Of a DNA stretch of 64,000 bases, positions 1-11,827 are shown one piece after another. Position 1 is the first letter of the stretch; each line of letters starts with the position of its first letter. The position numbers were made by a program, and so were the translations under genes. The notes beneath the pieces were generated by a model. The model saw only the letters and a list, made by a program, of their open reading frames with translations, did no database searches and was not told the origin of the DNA. Source of the DNA: Azolla caroliniana. Its lineage: Eukaryota > Plantae > Polypodiophyta. The DNA lies in assembly GCA_043228905.1 (NCBI GenBank), contig JBHGNT010000015.1, positions 10,726,001 through 10,790,000 of the forward strand, read 5' to 3'.

Positions 1-174
1 TAGACTACTAGGCAGTTATAGTCTCATAGTTAGTGTCAGATGTTCGTGTGAGCATTGAAGTACACCGTACTTCTAACAGTCTCGTGTGGACTTGTATAAA
101 TAGCGCTGATGAGCGCGTTGTAGATACAGAGAGAGCACAGAGTATTCATATAATTTTGAAGAATAGTGTGTCCT

Positions 175-212
<38 letters not shown>

Positions 213-273
213 GCGTACTCTCTCTCTCTTTGTGTATTGTTTTTTCTAATGCTTCCTCAAGCAATCTTTTACA
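1..273 (+). mobile_element. 3' part of an LTR (same family as the LTR at 24873-25165), inserted into the 5' LTR of Copia A1
   Basis: TATA-like GTATAAATA near 94, a (CT)n tract, and a ...TTTTACA end at 273. Motifs GTGAGCATTGAAGT, GTACTTC and GGACTTGTATAAA match the reverse complement of 24880-24990. It replaces the first ~50 bp of the A1 5' LTR. Confidence 0.6.
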
Positions 274-3200
274 ACTTGTTAATAAGTTAGGGCTTAGTAT
301 ATAAGCGAATACCTAACATTGTAATGAGTGACGATGACGAGCTGACGATTGTAACCTCTGAGAGAGAGAAACACGTTGTGCAGAAATAAGAAGCTTTACA
401 TTAAAGCTTGCAATTGTGTAAGTCTATATCTGCCTTCTCTATCTTCTGTGTGTATGTTGTTCATAGCCATAAGATCCGAACACACACTTCCGCATAACTG
501 TCAACATTAACCACAACTGGTATTAGAGCCGTGTTCTGCTGAGCAGCGGCAACAGATAACATAAGAAGAAGCTAAAAGAAAAGACCAGGTTAGAAACATC
601 GAATCCACAGAAAGAATATGGCTTCAACATCCGGAATAGGAGTTGAAATTAGAAAGTTTGACGGCAAAAACTTTTCCCCTGTGGAAAGAGATGATGCAGG
701 ATGTGTTGATTATCTGAAGACAGGTTGAAGCCATTCGGCATAACGAAAAGCCTGCTTCGATGACAGCAAAAGAGTAGAGATCAATGGACGAAATAACACG
801 CTCCACCATCTGAATGCATCTGGCTGAAAATGTCTATTTCAGCATGGCAAAAGAGATGACAAAGTTCTCATTGTGGGAGAAATTACAGGCCGTATATAAG
901 AAGAAGTCCTCATCTTCAAAACTTATCTTGATCAAACAATTATTCAACATGAAGATGAAAGAGACTGATCTTGCAACCTCCCACATCAACACCTTCAGCC
1001 GGGTGTTGTCAGAGCTCTCGTCCTAAGGGATCAACTTTGAAGAAGAAGTGAAAGCCCTTGCCCTCCTATCGAGCTTGCTAGCGAGTTGGGAGGTATTCTA
1101 TACGACATACGCCAATAGCCGATCGATCCTAAATCTGGACGAAACTACCGGCCAAGTCCTCACAGAGGCCATCAGGCAAAAATCGATGGGACTAACCATC
1201 GATGAGTCGGCAGAAGCCCATTACTCGACTGAGTCGAATGAAAGAACAATCCGACAGAACCGGTCGTCGCTACAACCGATTGAAAACAAGGGGTGACCGA
1301 CAACGATCGAAGTCAAGAACGGGCCGAATTAGTGAATACCGCACACACTACAGGAAAGCTGGCCAGAGTGTTTCCCACTATTGGTCAATAAAAAGAAAAG
1401 AGAATGGTCGGCGATCCAAGTAGAATCGGGGACGTTCCGACTCGGACCACTCTCCAATCGGCAACTAGATCAATGTTGTCGACACCCGATCCGGAGAAAT
1501 CCTCTCCCTAGAGGATTCAATGATCGGAGAAGTCCTCTACAATGCACAAATTGCACATACGTGGCTACTAGACTTTGGTGCCACATTTCACGTGACCCCC
1601 AACGTTGAATGGTTCTCGAACTATTCAGCTGACGCCTGCGGCACAATCCGACTTGGAAACGGGCAGGAGTGCAAGATAGCCGGAATTGGGAAGGAGTGCA
1701 ACACAATAACCATGCACCGAGTTCGGCACATACCCGATCTGAAGAGGAGTCTGGTCTCCATCGGCATGTTAGCCGAAGACGGGTATCGAACGATTCTACA
1801 CTAGTCGACATGGGTGATCAGCTAAGGAAAACTCAAAATCGGGAGTGGGCATAAGTATAATAATCTATACCCATTGATGGAGATGAACCTTGAAGGGGTC
1901 GTGAACGTAGCCGAGAAAACCGACCCGAACTTATGGCATGGCCAACTTGGCCACATGTCTCAAGCCGGACTTGATCAACTAATGACAGTCTGCTACATCC
2001 CGAAACTCCAGGTAAAGACGGACTTCTGCGAGCACTGTCGATATGGGAAACAGACCTGAAGTTCGCACTCTCTCCCCTACGAGACGGTACGACAACCCCT
2101 AGAGCTCGTGCACATAGACATATGTGGGCCCATGCCAGAGTGATCACTAGGAGACTCCCGGTACTTCATCACATTCGTAGATGACTATACACGGAAGGAT
2201 TGGGCATACTCCATCAAGTCCAAAGATGAAGCGCTCGAGGTCTTCATTCGATGGATATCTGAAGAGGAGAACAGGTCGGGACATAGAGTGAAGACACTCC
2301 GATCTGACAATAGAGGTGAGTACACCTCCAGAGCCTTCAAATAGTACCTGTTTGAAAAAGGGATCCGGCATCAAAAGACCGTTCCTTACACACCCATGCA
2401 GAATGGGGTGGCTGAACGGATTAATCGAACGGTTCAGGAGAGGGTGACGAAAATGCTCCAGCAAGCTGGACTGAAGCTGGAATTCTAGGGCGAGGCATTG
2501 TAGACGGCAGTGTACCTGATAAATCTAGTGCCGTCAAGAGCAATCAGGCTCGAAGTGCCACAGGCACTATGGTCAGGCAAACAACCGACCTACAATAGGC
2601 TTCATATATTCAGATGCGAAGCCTACATGTTCATCCCTAGGGACAAAAGGACGAAGCTGGCACCCCATGCAACAAAGTGCATATTTCTCGGTTATGGAAC
2701 CAATGGGGACTTCGGCTACTGGCTATGGGACCTTGAGAACTGGAAATTGATCCAGAGCAACGACGTAGTCTTCAATGAAGACTCTATCTTTTCTCAGCGG
2801 AACCAATAGAAAACAGTTGGTAAGAAGGTATCCTTCGAAGAAGACAACATAACACTATCATGGAAGGACCGACCAACCAGGCCGAATCGGAGACTCGACA
2901 AACAGTCAAACTCCAACAAGCTGCCAACTTCCCTGCCGACACCGAATCAGCAACAAGTCCTCTCGTCGAACTCAAAGACAAAGTCTTCAAAGACACAGCC
3001 GAATTGACAAGAGTCGACAAAGGCAAAGTCGCTAAGAGGCAAGTTAGAACCGAGTCGACAACAACCACAGGGGAGAACAACTAGACACCGCCGAAATCTC
3101 AAACCAAGGGCGGGACATCTCACAAGACTTTTGCCACAACTGGTTCAACAAATACCGATCGTCAATCGGAACCGATCGAAGGATCCGAACTAGATATTAC

Positions 3201-4685
3201 AGCACCCAGGAGATTTGGATGGGCTCGAAGGCAAACAAAGTTTTATCAACCGGGCCTCGACTATGTCAACTACACGGATGCAGGCGAACCAAGCACGTAT
3301 GACGAAGCTATGGCCGCACCGGATGCCGAAACATGGTTGCAAGCCATGAAATCCGAAATGGACTCGATTCATCAAAATCAGACATGGGAGCTGGTTGAAC
3401 TACCAGCAGGAAGAAAGCCGCTACCTTGCAAATGGGTGTTCTGATACAAGTACGTATCCGACTCAGAGAAACCCAAGTACAAAGCTCAGCTTGTCACGAA
3501 AGGATTCAAACAGGAATACAGGGTCGACTACGACGAGATATTCTCACTAGTAGTCAAGATGACCACCCTCCGACTCCTACTAGGAGTCGTGGCGACAGAA
3601 GATCTGGAGCTCGAGCAGATGGACGTAAAGACGGCATTCCTACACGGAGATCTAGAAGAAGACATATACATGTCTCAACCGGCAGGCTTCACGGCGACGG
3701 GGGAGGACAATCACCTCATATGAAGACTAAAGAAAAGTCTATATGGCCTCAAACAAGCGCCGAGAATGTGGTACTAGAAGTTCGACTCCCACATAAGGCA
3801 GCTTGGATACAACAGATCAAACTCCGACCCATGCATGTATGTTCGGCAATTGGCTGATGAGTCTAGGATCTATCTGATCCTTTATGTCAACGACATGCTA
3901 ATTGCAGGGAGCAATCAAGCAGAGATTGGAAAGCTCAAGCGAAGCCTTCACGCAAAATTTCCGACACATACTAGCCATGAGGATAGAGCGAAATTGGACG
4001 ACCAAAACTCTCTGACTCTCCCTGTCCGACTACATCTGCAAGGTGCTAAAGCGCTTCAACATGGAGAACGCGAAGCCAACACCGACACCGCTTTCGACAT
4101 CGATCAGACTATCAAATAGAGACTCTCCTACAACGGACAAGGAGAGAGAGCTTAATGGAAAGATACCCTACACATCAGCAATAGGAAGTATTATGTACAC
4201 AATGGTGGCGACCCGACCCGACCCGACCTAGCCTATGTCGTAGGGGTGGTCATCCGGTACATGTCAAACCCAGGAAAGAAGCATTGGGAGACCGTCAAGC
4301 ACATCCTTAGGTATCTGAAAGGAACCACGTATGCACAATTGACATTCGGTTTGACAACATCAATTGAAGTTGAAGGCTACATTGATTCCGACTATGCTGG
4401 AAACACGGACAATCGGAAATCGACATCAAGCTACATATTCACCTATGGTGGTGGTGCGATATCATGGAGGTTGAAACTACAAGAGTGCACAACTCTGTCT
4501 ACCACAGAAGCCGAGTACATAGCAACATCGGAAGCATTGAAGGAAACTATCTTGCTGCACCGACTGTCTGTCAATTTCGGAACTGCAAACCGAATAGACA
4601 GACCATCTATTGTGACTCACAGAGCGCAATACACCTCATCAACAATTCTTTCTACCATGCAAAGACGAAGCACATTGAGGTGCGG

Positions 4686-5659
4686 TGTCGTGAAGATCCG
4701 TCACTACGTGCGGATTGTGAGGCGGAACCGCCGGGGTTCTGGACCAGAAGGATTTAGAGTCGATACAAGCTTTGGCGAGAAAGTACTTAAGATAGATTGG
4801 GAAAGAGAGAAGTTGAGATTACACAATTGATTTGAAAACGAATTTCTTCCTCTTAATTTTCATAAAAAAAAACCGTGTTTTTTCTCCTCCCCCTTCCCTC
4901 TTTTATAGATGCTCTCATGCATATGATGCATGTGAGGGTACAAGACATGCATAAATTGCATGTTTGCCATTTGGCGCTTAAGTATTACATGTGGTGCATG
5001 CTAACCATGTCACTCATTTTAGCTCTCATGTATGAGAATTTACATGTAAAAGTACAATGATAGAAATATAATTTTAACTAAACAGCATGGCTTAATGGTA
5101 AGCCATTTGACTCCTAACTTGGAGGTGCAAGGTTTGAATCCATACTTGCCCTCCTTGTATATGTAAATATGTATATATATTTATATATTTATTTTATCTA
5201 GTCGTCGGATACCATCGCCGGATACCGGTGTCGACGCCGGATTGCGGCCGGATGCGGTCAGATCACCGGCTCCATCGCCGGTCCGGTTTTGGTTGGCCAA
5301 AACCCTTTACGAGTAGCTAGCCACCTCCACTCTTAGTTCAAGTTACCTTGAACTCTCTATGCTCCACACATAGACACAAAGATAATATCTTTTGCTCCAC
5401 CTTATATATGATGAGAGCCGTATTTGTCGTGCCTATGTGGGATATCTCACAATTTTCTCTTTTCTTTTCACAAACTTTATACCCTCATATCTTGACATTT
5501 AGTTGTCCATTTCTCGTGTAATAAAGTGCATTCGAAACCTCCATCATTTTGTACTTAGATATTAAAATGTTATCTTCACAATTATTTTATTACGTGATTC
5601 ATACTCGATTTCATACGTTTTATGGGATTTTCACACTATTGCCAAAAATCTTCACGACA
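4686..5659 (-). mobile_element. Solo-LTR-like insertion (family X) with 4-bp TSD GCGG and an internal tRNA-like segment
   Basis: Starts TGTCGTGAAGAT and ends ATCTTCACGACA (12-bp inverted ends). Flanked by GCGG/GCGG, splitting RNase H codons IEVR|YHH. TATA-like CTATAAAAG on the minus strand near 4905. Related to 59982-60800. Confidence 0.85.
5081..5150 (+). other. tRNA-derived (Pol III A-box/B-box) segment inside the family-X LTR
   Basis: A-box TGGCTTAATGG at 5088-5098 and B-box GGTTTGAATCC at 5131-5141, with tRNA-like spacing. No convincing cloverleaf. Confidence 0.6.
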
Positions 5660-6302
5660 GCGGTATCATCATATCCGGGAGCTTGTGAACGAGAAGAAAC
5701 TCGAAGTCAGGAAGATCGACACTGAGGTGAACATCGCCGATTGCTTGACGAAGCCACTCCCAGATCGACACTTCGGAATGCTAAGGATGAAGATGGGGCT
5801 ACGACAAGAGATCGAGTAGAAGAAAGTCGAACAAGGAGCAGAAGGTAAGAGTTGACCGACACTCATACTATACCTCTGCCGACTCGGCTACTTGCCGACA
5901 GACTTGTAACATAAGATCTAGTTAAATTTGTAATCTAGGTTTACGGGGGAGATAACACCAAGCACTTGTACATGCAAGAAAGAGTAGTCCTTTTACGGGG
6001 GAGTTTGTTGGCATAAAAGGCCGACTCTTTCCAAGTTGTATCCGTCCAAGTGTGAACTCGTTAATAAGTTAGGGTTTAGTATATAAGCAAATACCTAACA
6101 TTGTAATGAGTGACGATGACGAGCAGACGATTGTAATCTGAGAGAGAGAAACGCGTTGTGTAGAAATAAGAAGCTTTCCATTAAAGCTTGCAATTGTGTA
6201 AGTCTATATCTGCCTTCTCTATCTTCTGTGTGTATGTTGTTTGTTGTTCATAGCCAAAAGATCTGAACACACACTTCCGCATAACTGTCGACATTAACCA
6301 CA

Positions 6303-6873
6303 TGAGGCCCATTCTCAAAATGTTCTGGATAGGTGGCATTTTATCCAAAAGGGTTGCTTGCAACATGTCCCTTAGCAACCCTTTACTAGGTCATTCTCCT
6401 AGCAGACAACATATGAACAATGAACACTTCAATCGGCCCACTTCTTCCACCAACCTTCGATTCTCTGTCGGAGAAAGATAAAGGTCGATTCCTTTTCTTT
6501 CATCAATGCCCTCCTCCATTGGCTTCTCTTGGACTGGACCAATGCCATTATCCTCCTTTTCCAGCCTGACATTGTCCATGACTTCCTTGGTGTTCGTTTC
6601 GGAATGTGCCATGATCGGCTCCCTGCCTATCGACTTCTTGTTGTTCGGGTCTGGATGCATACATGTATCTAATATTTCAGCTGGAGGTGGGTTCGGATCG
6701 ATACCTGTTCCTCCTATGTCCACTGGAGGAAGCATGACCATCTCCATCTCCAAAAGATTGTCGCCGCTCTCATTGATATGGGTTTGTGACATGAACATAT
6801 GACGCCTTCCTAATGTTATGTCCCCTACTGCCGAAGACTTGTCAATTGCCTTCACTGCGAGTCCCGATCTCAA
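6303..6873 (-). pseudogene. LINE (L1-type) ORF1 N-terminal fragment, interrupted by Copia A1
   Basis: ORF 6391-6873 reads through one stop into LFICCLLGE*PSKGLLRDMLQATL, which resembles the DUF4283 region of plant L1 ORF1. It ends abruptly at the LTR. Confidence 0.5.
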
Positions 6874-7049
6874 GTGGATGAGTGCATGTGGATTAATTTC
6901 GAAAGGAGTAAGGGTATGATTTGAATTACAGTTCTACAATGTGGAATAACTATCAAAGTGTGTTATGAGATGACCACTTCATATAAAGTAGTCAAGTGTG
7001 AACACACTACGACCTATGGCTTTCGCCCATATAATAAGGCTAGCTACCT

Positions 7050-8300
7050 TTTTAAGAGGGATGCTCAAGACTTATGTTGAGACTATGTCAAGGTAGTTAT
7101 GGCTCTTTTGAGCTACGCACGTGCAATTCTCACAAACCCAAGGTAAGACTCACATTAACACTCGATGGTATGGGAGATCGAGGAGATTTAAGGTTGTCTC
7201 ATGTTGTTGTTAAGGGGTGGTCAAGTGGTTTGGCATCCTCTTTCCTTCCTTTAGTCTATTGTTCCTTGAGATTTTTTATCGACACTTTTGGATTGATAAA
7301 AATAACCTTCCATGATTGAGATTGAGTACAGAGGAGCGATGTGAAGACCACAACCCTAGTATTCAACTACATTGATACAATGGAGCTTAGCAAGACATAC
7401 AATTGAGCTTGAGGGGTCTTTTGAGAATCATGCTCAACTCGTGTAAACACGTTTTTATGGAGAAAAGCACAATTTGTGAAAAAAGTGTGGGTGAACACAC
7501 TTTGTTTTAATCCATATAAACTATCTTATTATAGGAAGAACTAAATTCTAATGTCTAGTTAGTTGTAAAGTGTAAATGTGGTAAGAAAATATTAGGTATT
7601 CTATTGACAAAATCGTAATCAAGTGGATGTCTATGACTAGACTCCACCAACCACATTTAATGTGGTAGTCACTTGAGGGCTTGTATATAAAGCCCACTTA
7701 GACCATTGTGTTTTGTTGATGATTTATACTCGATCAATATAGTTTTCTCATTTGTGCATAAGCTCTCATCCCCTTTTGTGTACATTTTATTTTTGGTTGT
7801 TTTGTTTGATTCTTTCACTTGCTCACACACGCATAATGCTTTTGCACACATGACTCTATGAGAGTCAACATTATTTCCAAGAAAAATAAACTCTATAGTC
7901 AAATGTTTTAGGTTATGGCGTTATCATTGTCATCCTCTTGATATACATAGTGTATTATTTGTATCATATGACACATTTAAACACATTGCTCTTAGTTTAA
8001 TACAATTGTTGACTTGCTCTTTTTAGATTAAAGTGATTGTCTCTCAATTCATTGCTTATCATTAAAACACCACAAACTTAATTGCAAAAATAGCCATAAA
8101 GATTTAGTTGTGATGGTGTGTGCAATTCAATTGAGATAATGTCCACATATGTGTTCCCTACAAAAATGTAGTTGATAGTTTTGAGATTAAATTGCCCAAA
8201 AGTTTATTGTGTTCTATGATGGATGGTGTGGATGAATCCTAATTCGTAGTTCAATGTGTAACTCTTTAGCAGCATCTTAACAATATTATTCAATGAAAAA
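7050..8300 (-). mobile_element. Very old, AT-eroded Copia pol relic
   Basis: Minus-strand traces in Copia order: QFNLKTINYIFVG (like KLDPK..KCIFVGY, ~8150-8190), KNKMYTKG (like KARLVAKG) and a LKWALY-like segment near 7690. Confidence 0.3.
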
Positions 8301-10243
8301 CTCCAAAACACCTTAGTTTTTTTTCCTTGTCCAAACCACCATAAGATTCCACTATTTCTCTGAATGCCTTGGAGTCAACGAAATCTCGATCAATAATGTG
8401 GTAAAATCATAACCTCCTTCTCCGTTGTTATGAGTTACTTTAGCAATTACATAGTCAATTCATCTCCTTTTTGTCTCTTTTGATTTAAGGTTGACCTAAG
8501 TCATCAGTTATAACTAGGTTTAAGGAGGGGGGGGGGGACAAAACTATTGGGTTTTTAGAGTTTCTAACCATTAGAAAATTCCATTTTATACTAGTTTGAG
8601 TTTCTTCAATTTTGAAGGATCATATATAATTTTTCTTTAAACGACAAGTAATGTTCTAGTTATGTCATACCTTAAAGGTAAAAGATATGATGTTGACAAA
8701 TTTGGAACCAAGGTCAATCAATGGTGAAGTGGCTATAATATCTAAAAAGTCGAGAAAATAAAAGACAAGAGATGATGTATGACATACTTTTTTAAGGGAA
8801 AATAAACGATCGAAACCATGACTCGATAAAGGGGGCGAGTGTTTGTTTGCATTCTGTGGTGCTGTTGGTTTAGGCTAGTGATCACAAGGATATCACATGC
8901 ATACATACAAACAATGCAAAGTTGGTGTTTGTCAATAGAAAATGAAAGGAAATGCAAGGAAGCACACATATAATATATGAAAAGATAAATAACAAAGAAG
9001 CATCCATATATTCTCCAACATAAGAGACAATAGAAACACAAATTACTGTGACATAATTTGTGATATTTATTTTTGTTTTATGTAGTTGCATTATACATAC
9101 ACATTCTCAAGATGGCATTGATGGCTTCATTTTTGGAAGGATCCTTGATGACACACGGTGATGTCAATCTATGTTATGTTAGATCATGCTTTACAAAAGA
9201 GCTATGCAAATTGAAACCCAAATCAATAAAAAACAACTTAGTTATGCACATGAACTATAGAGTTTCTAAGCTTGCAATGAAAACACATGCAACTTGCAAC
9301 AATATTTAAAATTGTAGAGTTGATATGATTTACATGAATTCTTTCTTAATGCATCATCAAAGCAATAAGTGTTAGTTTTATGTTAACTAGACATATGAAG
9401 AAATAGCTCTTTGTTATCTAGACTTATGATCATGCACTTTAAAATAAGCGCAATTTTATTTATAGAAATCCTCTATTGTCAAAATGCATCTCTGAATCAA
9501 AGTGAAAGATAGTTCTTCAATCTTGTCCAGATGAGCTGGTAAGTAGATACTTTGAATGTAATATAACACGGCCACATTTCTTGGATGTTGTTAGGTTCAT
9601 CACACCAAACCCCACAAGATAATCATGCAATATATCATTTATTAGAGTATTGTCTTGTGGCACATCAAATCCTTTTCTTTTTAAAGAAAAACTTTAGATT
9701 AACCGTTTACTCAATGTCAAGATATCAAAGTGTGTCACACCAATTTCTATGTACCTACACTCTATGATTCTTAGTTTTCTTTCTTTGTTTACCAATGCTT
9801 CTTTCTTTGTTTACTAATTAGGTTAATGGAAGCCAAAAGAAAGTGTAACTTTCCAAATAAGAGCTACTTTGAAGCATCAACTCTAAAACATCATATTTAC
9901 GGATATGTTGGAAAATAGTTTATATCTTGTAATTTGAATAGAACATCTTGATAACTCTTGCTTAATGTGATCATGAAAATATGCTAACATCCTCACTAAG
10001 GAGGAAGTTGATATTTTTTATTTTAAATCTCATCTATGTATAAAATACCATTATGCAAGCAATTTGTATAATTTTGTTCTTATTAGATATTGGTAGTGGT
10101 GAGTAGTTGATATAAGACATTAAGCGGTGATCAATATTTTAGTGATGCTCCCACATGAGCATATCCCTAAATATAATATGAGATATTGTCATTGAGCTTG
10201 GTACAATTAGTAATATCATTTATATGCTAAAACGAACCTTCGT

Positions 10244-10336
10244 TGTGTTACAGGCATGACCATATAATATCTCGTGGTAAGATTGTACCGTAGTATTCTA
10301 TACAGGTGGATATTATATGGTCATGCCTGTAACACA
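10244..10336. repeat. Perfect 28-bp inverted repeat with a 37-nt loop (mini-MITE or hairpin RNA precursor)
   Basis: TGTGTTACAGGCATGACCATATAATATC (10244-10271) and its exact reverse complement (10309-10336). Confidence 0.9.
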
Positions 10337-11122
10337 TTGCATGCTATGCACCAGTAGAATTTATAATTATGAGGAGTGTTGTGGTTTTAAAGATATTTAT
10401 TTATGACCTTGAGGTCACAAGTTTAAAGCAAGGAGCCAAATATTTAAAACAACATCATTGTCTTATTAAAAGCAATGCTAAGAACCTATGATATGCAAAA
10501 TATGTATTGTATGAATATGCTAAAAACACACCTCCATAGTTCTAATAACTATTGTTCATTTTGCAACCGTCAACGACAATGGTTCTTCAAACATGGTTGG
10601 GTCTACCATATGGATAAAAATGATGATAATTGGAAGAAAAGAACATCATGCTTTTATTTTTGTAATGTGAATATAAAAGATTAGTTGATGGTTTATTGCG
10701 TATGTTGGCATGTTCTCTATCAAATCGAGGATGACATGGAGGAGATCCTACATGAGATAGAGAAATGCTCCAACTCTATGATTTAGACACGATACTGGTT
10801 TCTCATAAAATACTTCCGTAATCATTCATGCATGTTCTCCTTTTTTAAAATAATATGGCGTGCCAGCTTTGCCTAGCGACTAAAATATCTACACGGGGAT
10901 TATGTACAAACTGTTAAATCCTGATCAATCCATGAATTGCAGCGAGGTGACGTAACAATCATATTTATATGCTAGTATATGGCCGGTGTCAAAAGCGGAA
11001 GGTTATAACTTATATATCCACCAAGCATGCGGAAGCTTATTTCCGAAGCGTTTAATTTTTTCTAGAGCAAAGATGGACATGAGTTACGGTGCGATAGAGG
11101 GACGTGAGGAATGGACATGTAA

Positions 11123-11123
11123 C

Positions 11124-11155
<32 letters not shown>

Positions 11156-11213
11156 ATAGTAGTTACTAGTAGTAGTGGTTATAGTAGTAGTAGTAGTAGT
11201 AGTTACTGTAGTA
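11123..11213. repeat. (TAG)n microsatellite, imperfect
   Basis: Direct reading of the sequence. Confidence 0.9.
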
Positions 11214-11357
11214 GAAGAAGAGGACGAAGTGAATAATAATATACATATACATATTGATGTATGTATAGTGTTTATTGATGTGGTGGTTGTGTTAGCAATT
11301 AGGTTAAAACAAAAAGAAGGAGGTGGGGAGGGAGGTGGTGAAGTGATGGATGGGCGT

Positions 11358-11392
11358 ACACGTGGCAAGAACACCTGGCAATTGCACGTGGC
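11358..11392 (+). promoter_or_regulatory. ABRE/G-box cluster upstream of remorin
   Basis: ACACGTGGC (11358), ACACCTGGC (11371) and GCACGTGGC (11384) at 13-bp spacing, about 440-470 bp upstream of the ATG. Confidence 0.65.
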
Positions 11393-11413
11393 AGATGCAG
11401 ACAGCACAGCGGA

Positions 11414-11470
11414 GAAAAAGAAGAAGAAGAAGGAAGAAGAAGAAGAAGAAGAAGAAGAAGATGATGATGA
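11414..11470. repeat. (GAA)n/(GAT)n microsatellite
   Basis: Direct reading of the sequence. Confidence 0.9.
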
Positions 11471-11827
11471 GGAAGAGCTTCCTCAATGAAATGAAATGAA
11501 TAAAGGAAGGAATGAAATGAATCCAAATCCAAATCCCTCCCGCATCACATATTTATCCCAAAATAATTTCATGAATAATATATGTCCATCTTTCTGTCTG
11601 TCTCTGCCTTTCTGTCTGTCTGTCAGTCTCTGTTTCTTCCCCTTCAAAAATAGGAAGTGTTGAGCCTTGACAGCTCACCATCTCCTCCTCCTCCTCATCT
11701 TTCTTTCTATTCTCTTCTTCCATCCATCCGCATATCTTCTGATTACTCTTGCTCTGTTCCTACCCTGCAGTTGCCTTCTTTAATTTTCTTTCTGCCAATT
11801 CATCATCAATCTCTGAGAAAGCTCTCC

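Larger units (their letters stand above)
618..5819 (+). pseudogene. Copia gag-pol polyprotein with many stops and frameshifts, split by an insertion at 4686-5659
   Basis: gag MASTSGIGVEIRKFDGKNF; protease WLLDFGATFHVT; GAG-pre-integrase LWHGQLGH and CEHC; RT LILYVNDMLIAG; RNase H DSDYAG, HAKTKHIEVR|YHHIRE and NIADCLTKPL. Confidence 0.9.
274..6302 (+). mobile_element. Ty1/Copia LTR retrotransposon A1 (degenerate)
   Basis: Direct LTRs at 274-515 (5'-truncated) and 6006-6302 (TGTTGG...ACCACA). tRNA-iMet PBS TGGTATTAGAGCC at 518-530 and purine tract before 6006. Domain order is gag-PR-INT-RT-RH. Confidence 0.93.

Noticed and set aside
5081-5150. Functional tRNA gene (also 60275-60344)
   Set aside because: A/B boxes are present, but acceptor and anticodon stems do not pair convincingly and the anticodon regions differ between copies. 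Kept only as tRNA-derived sequence.
8500-10200. Short ORFs in the AT-rich intergenic region
   Set aside because: No recognisable motifs or consistent splice structure, so a gene cannot be supported.
10370-10435. Possible degenerate SINE/tRNA head (GAGGTCACAAGTTTAAAGC)
   Set aside because: The B-box is too degenerate and there is no clear A-box, tail or TSD.
11123-11532. ORFs with poly-V/E/T/F runs
   Set aside because: They are translations of (TAG)n and (GAA)n microsatellites.
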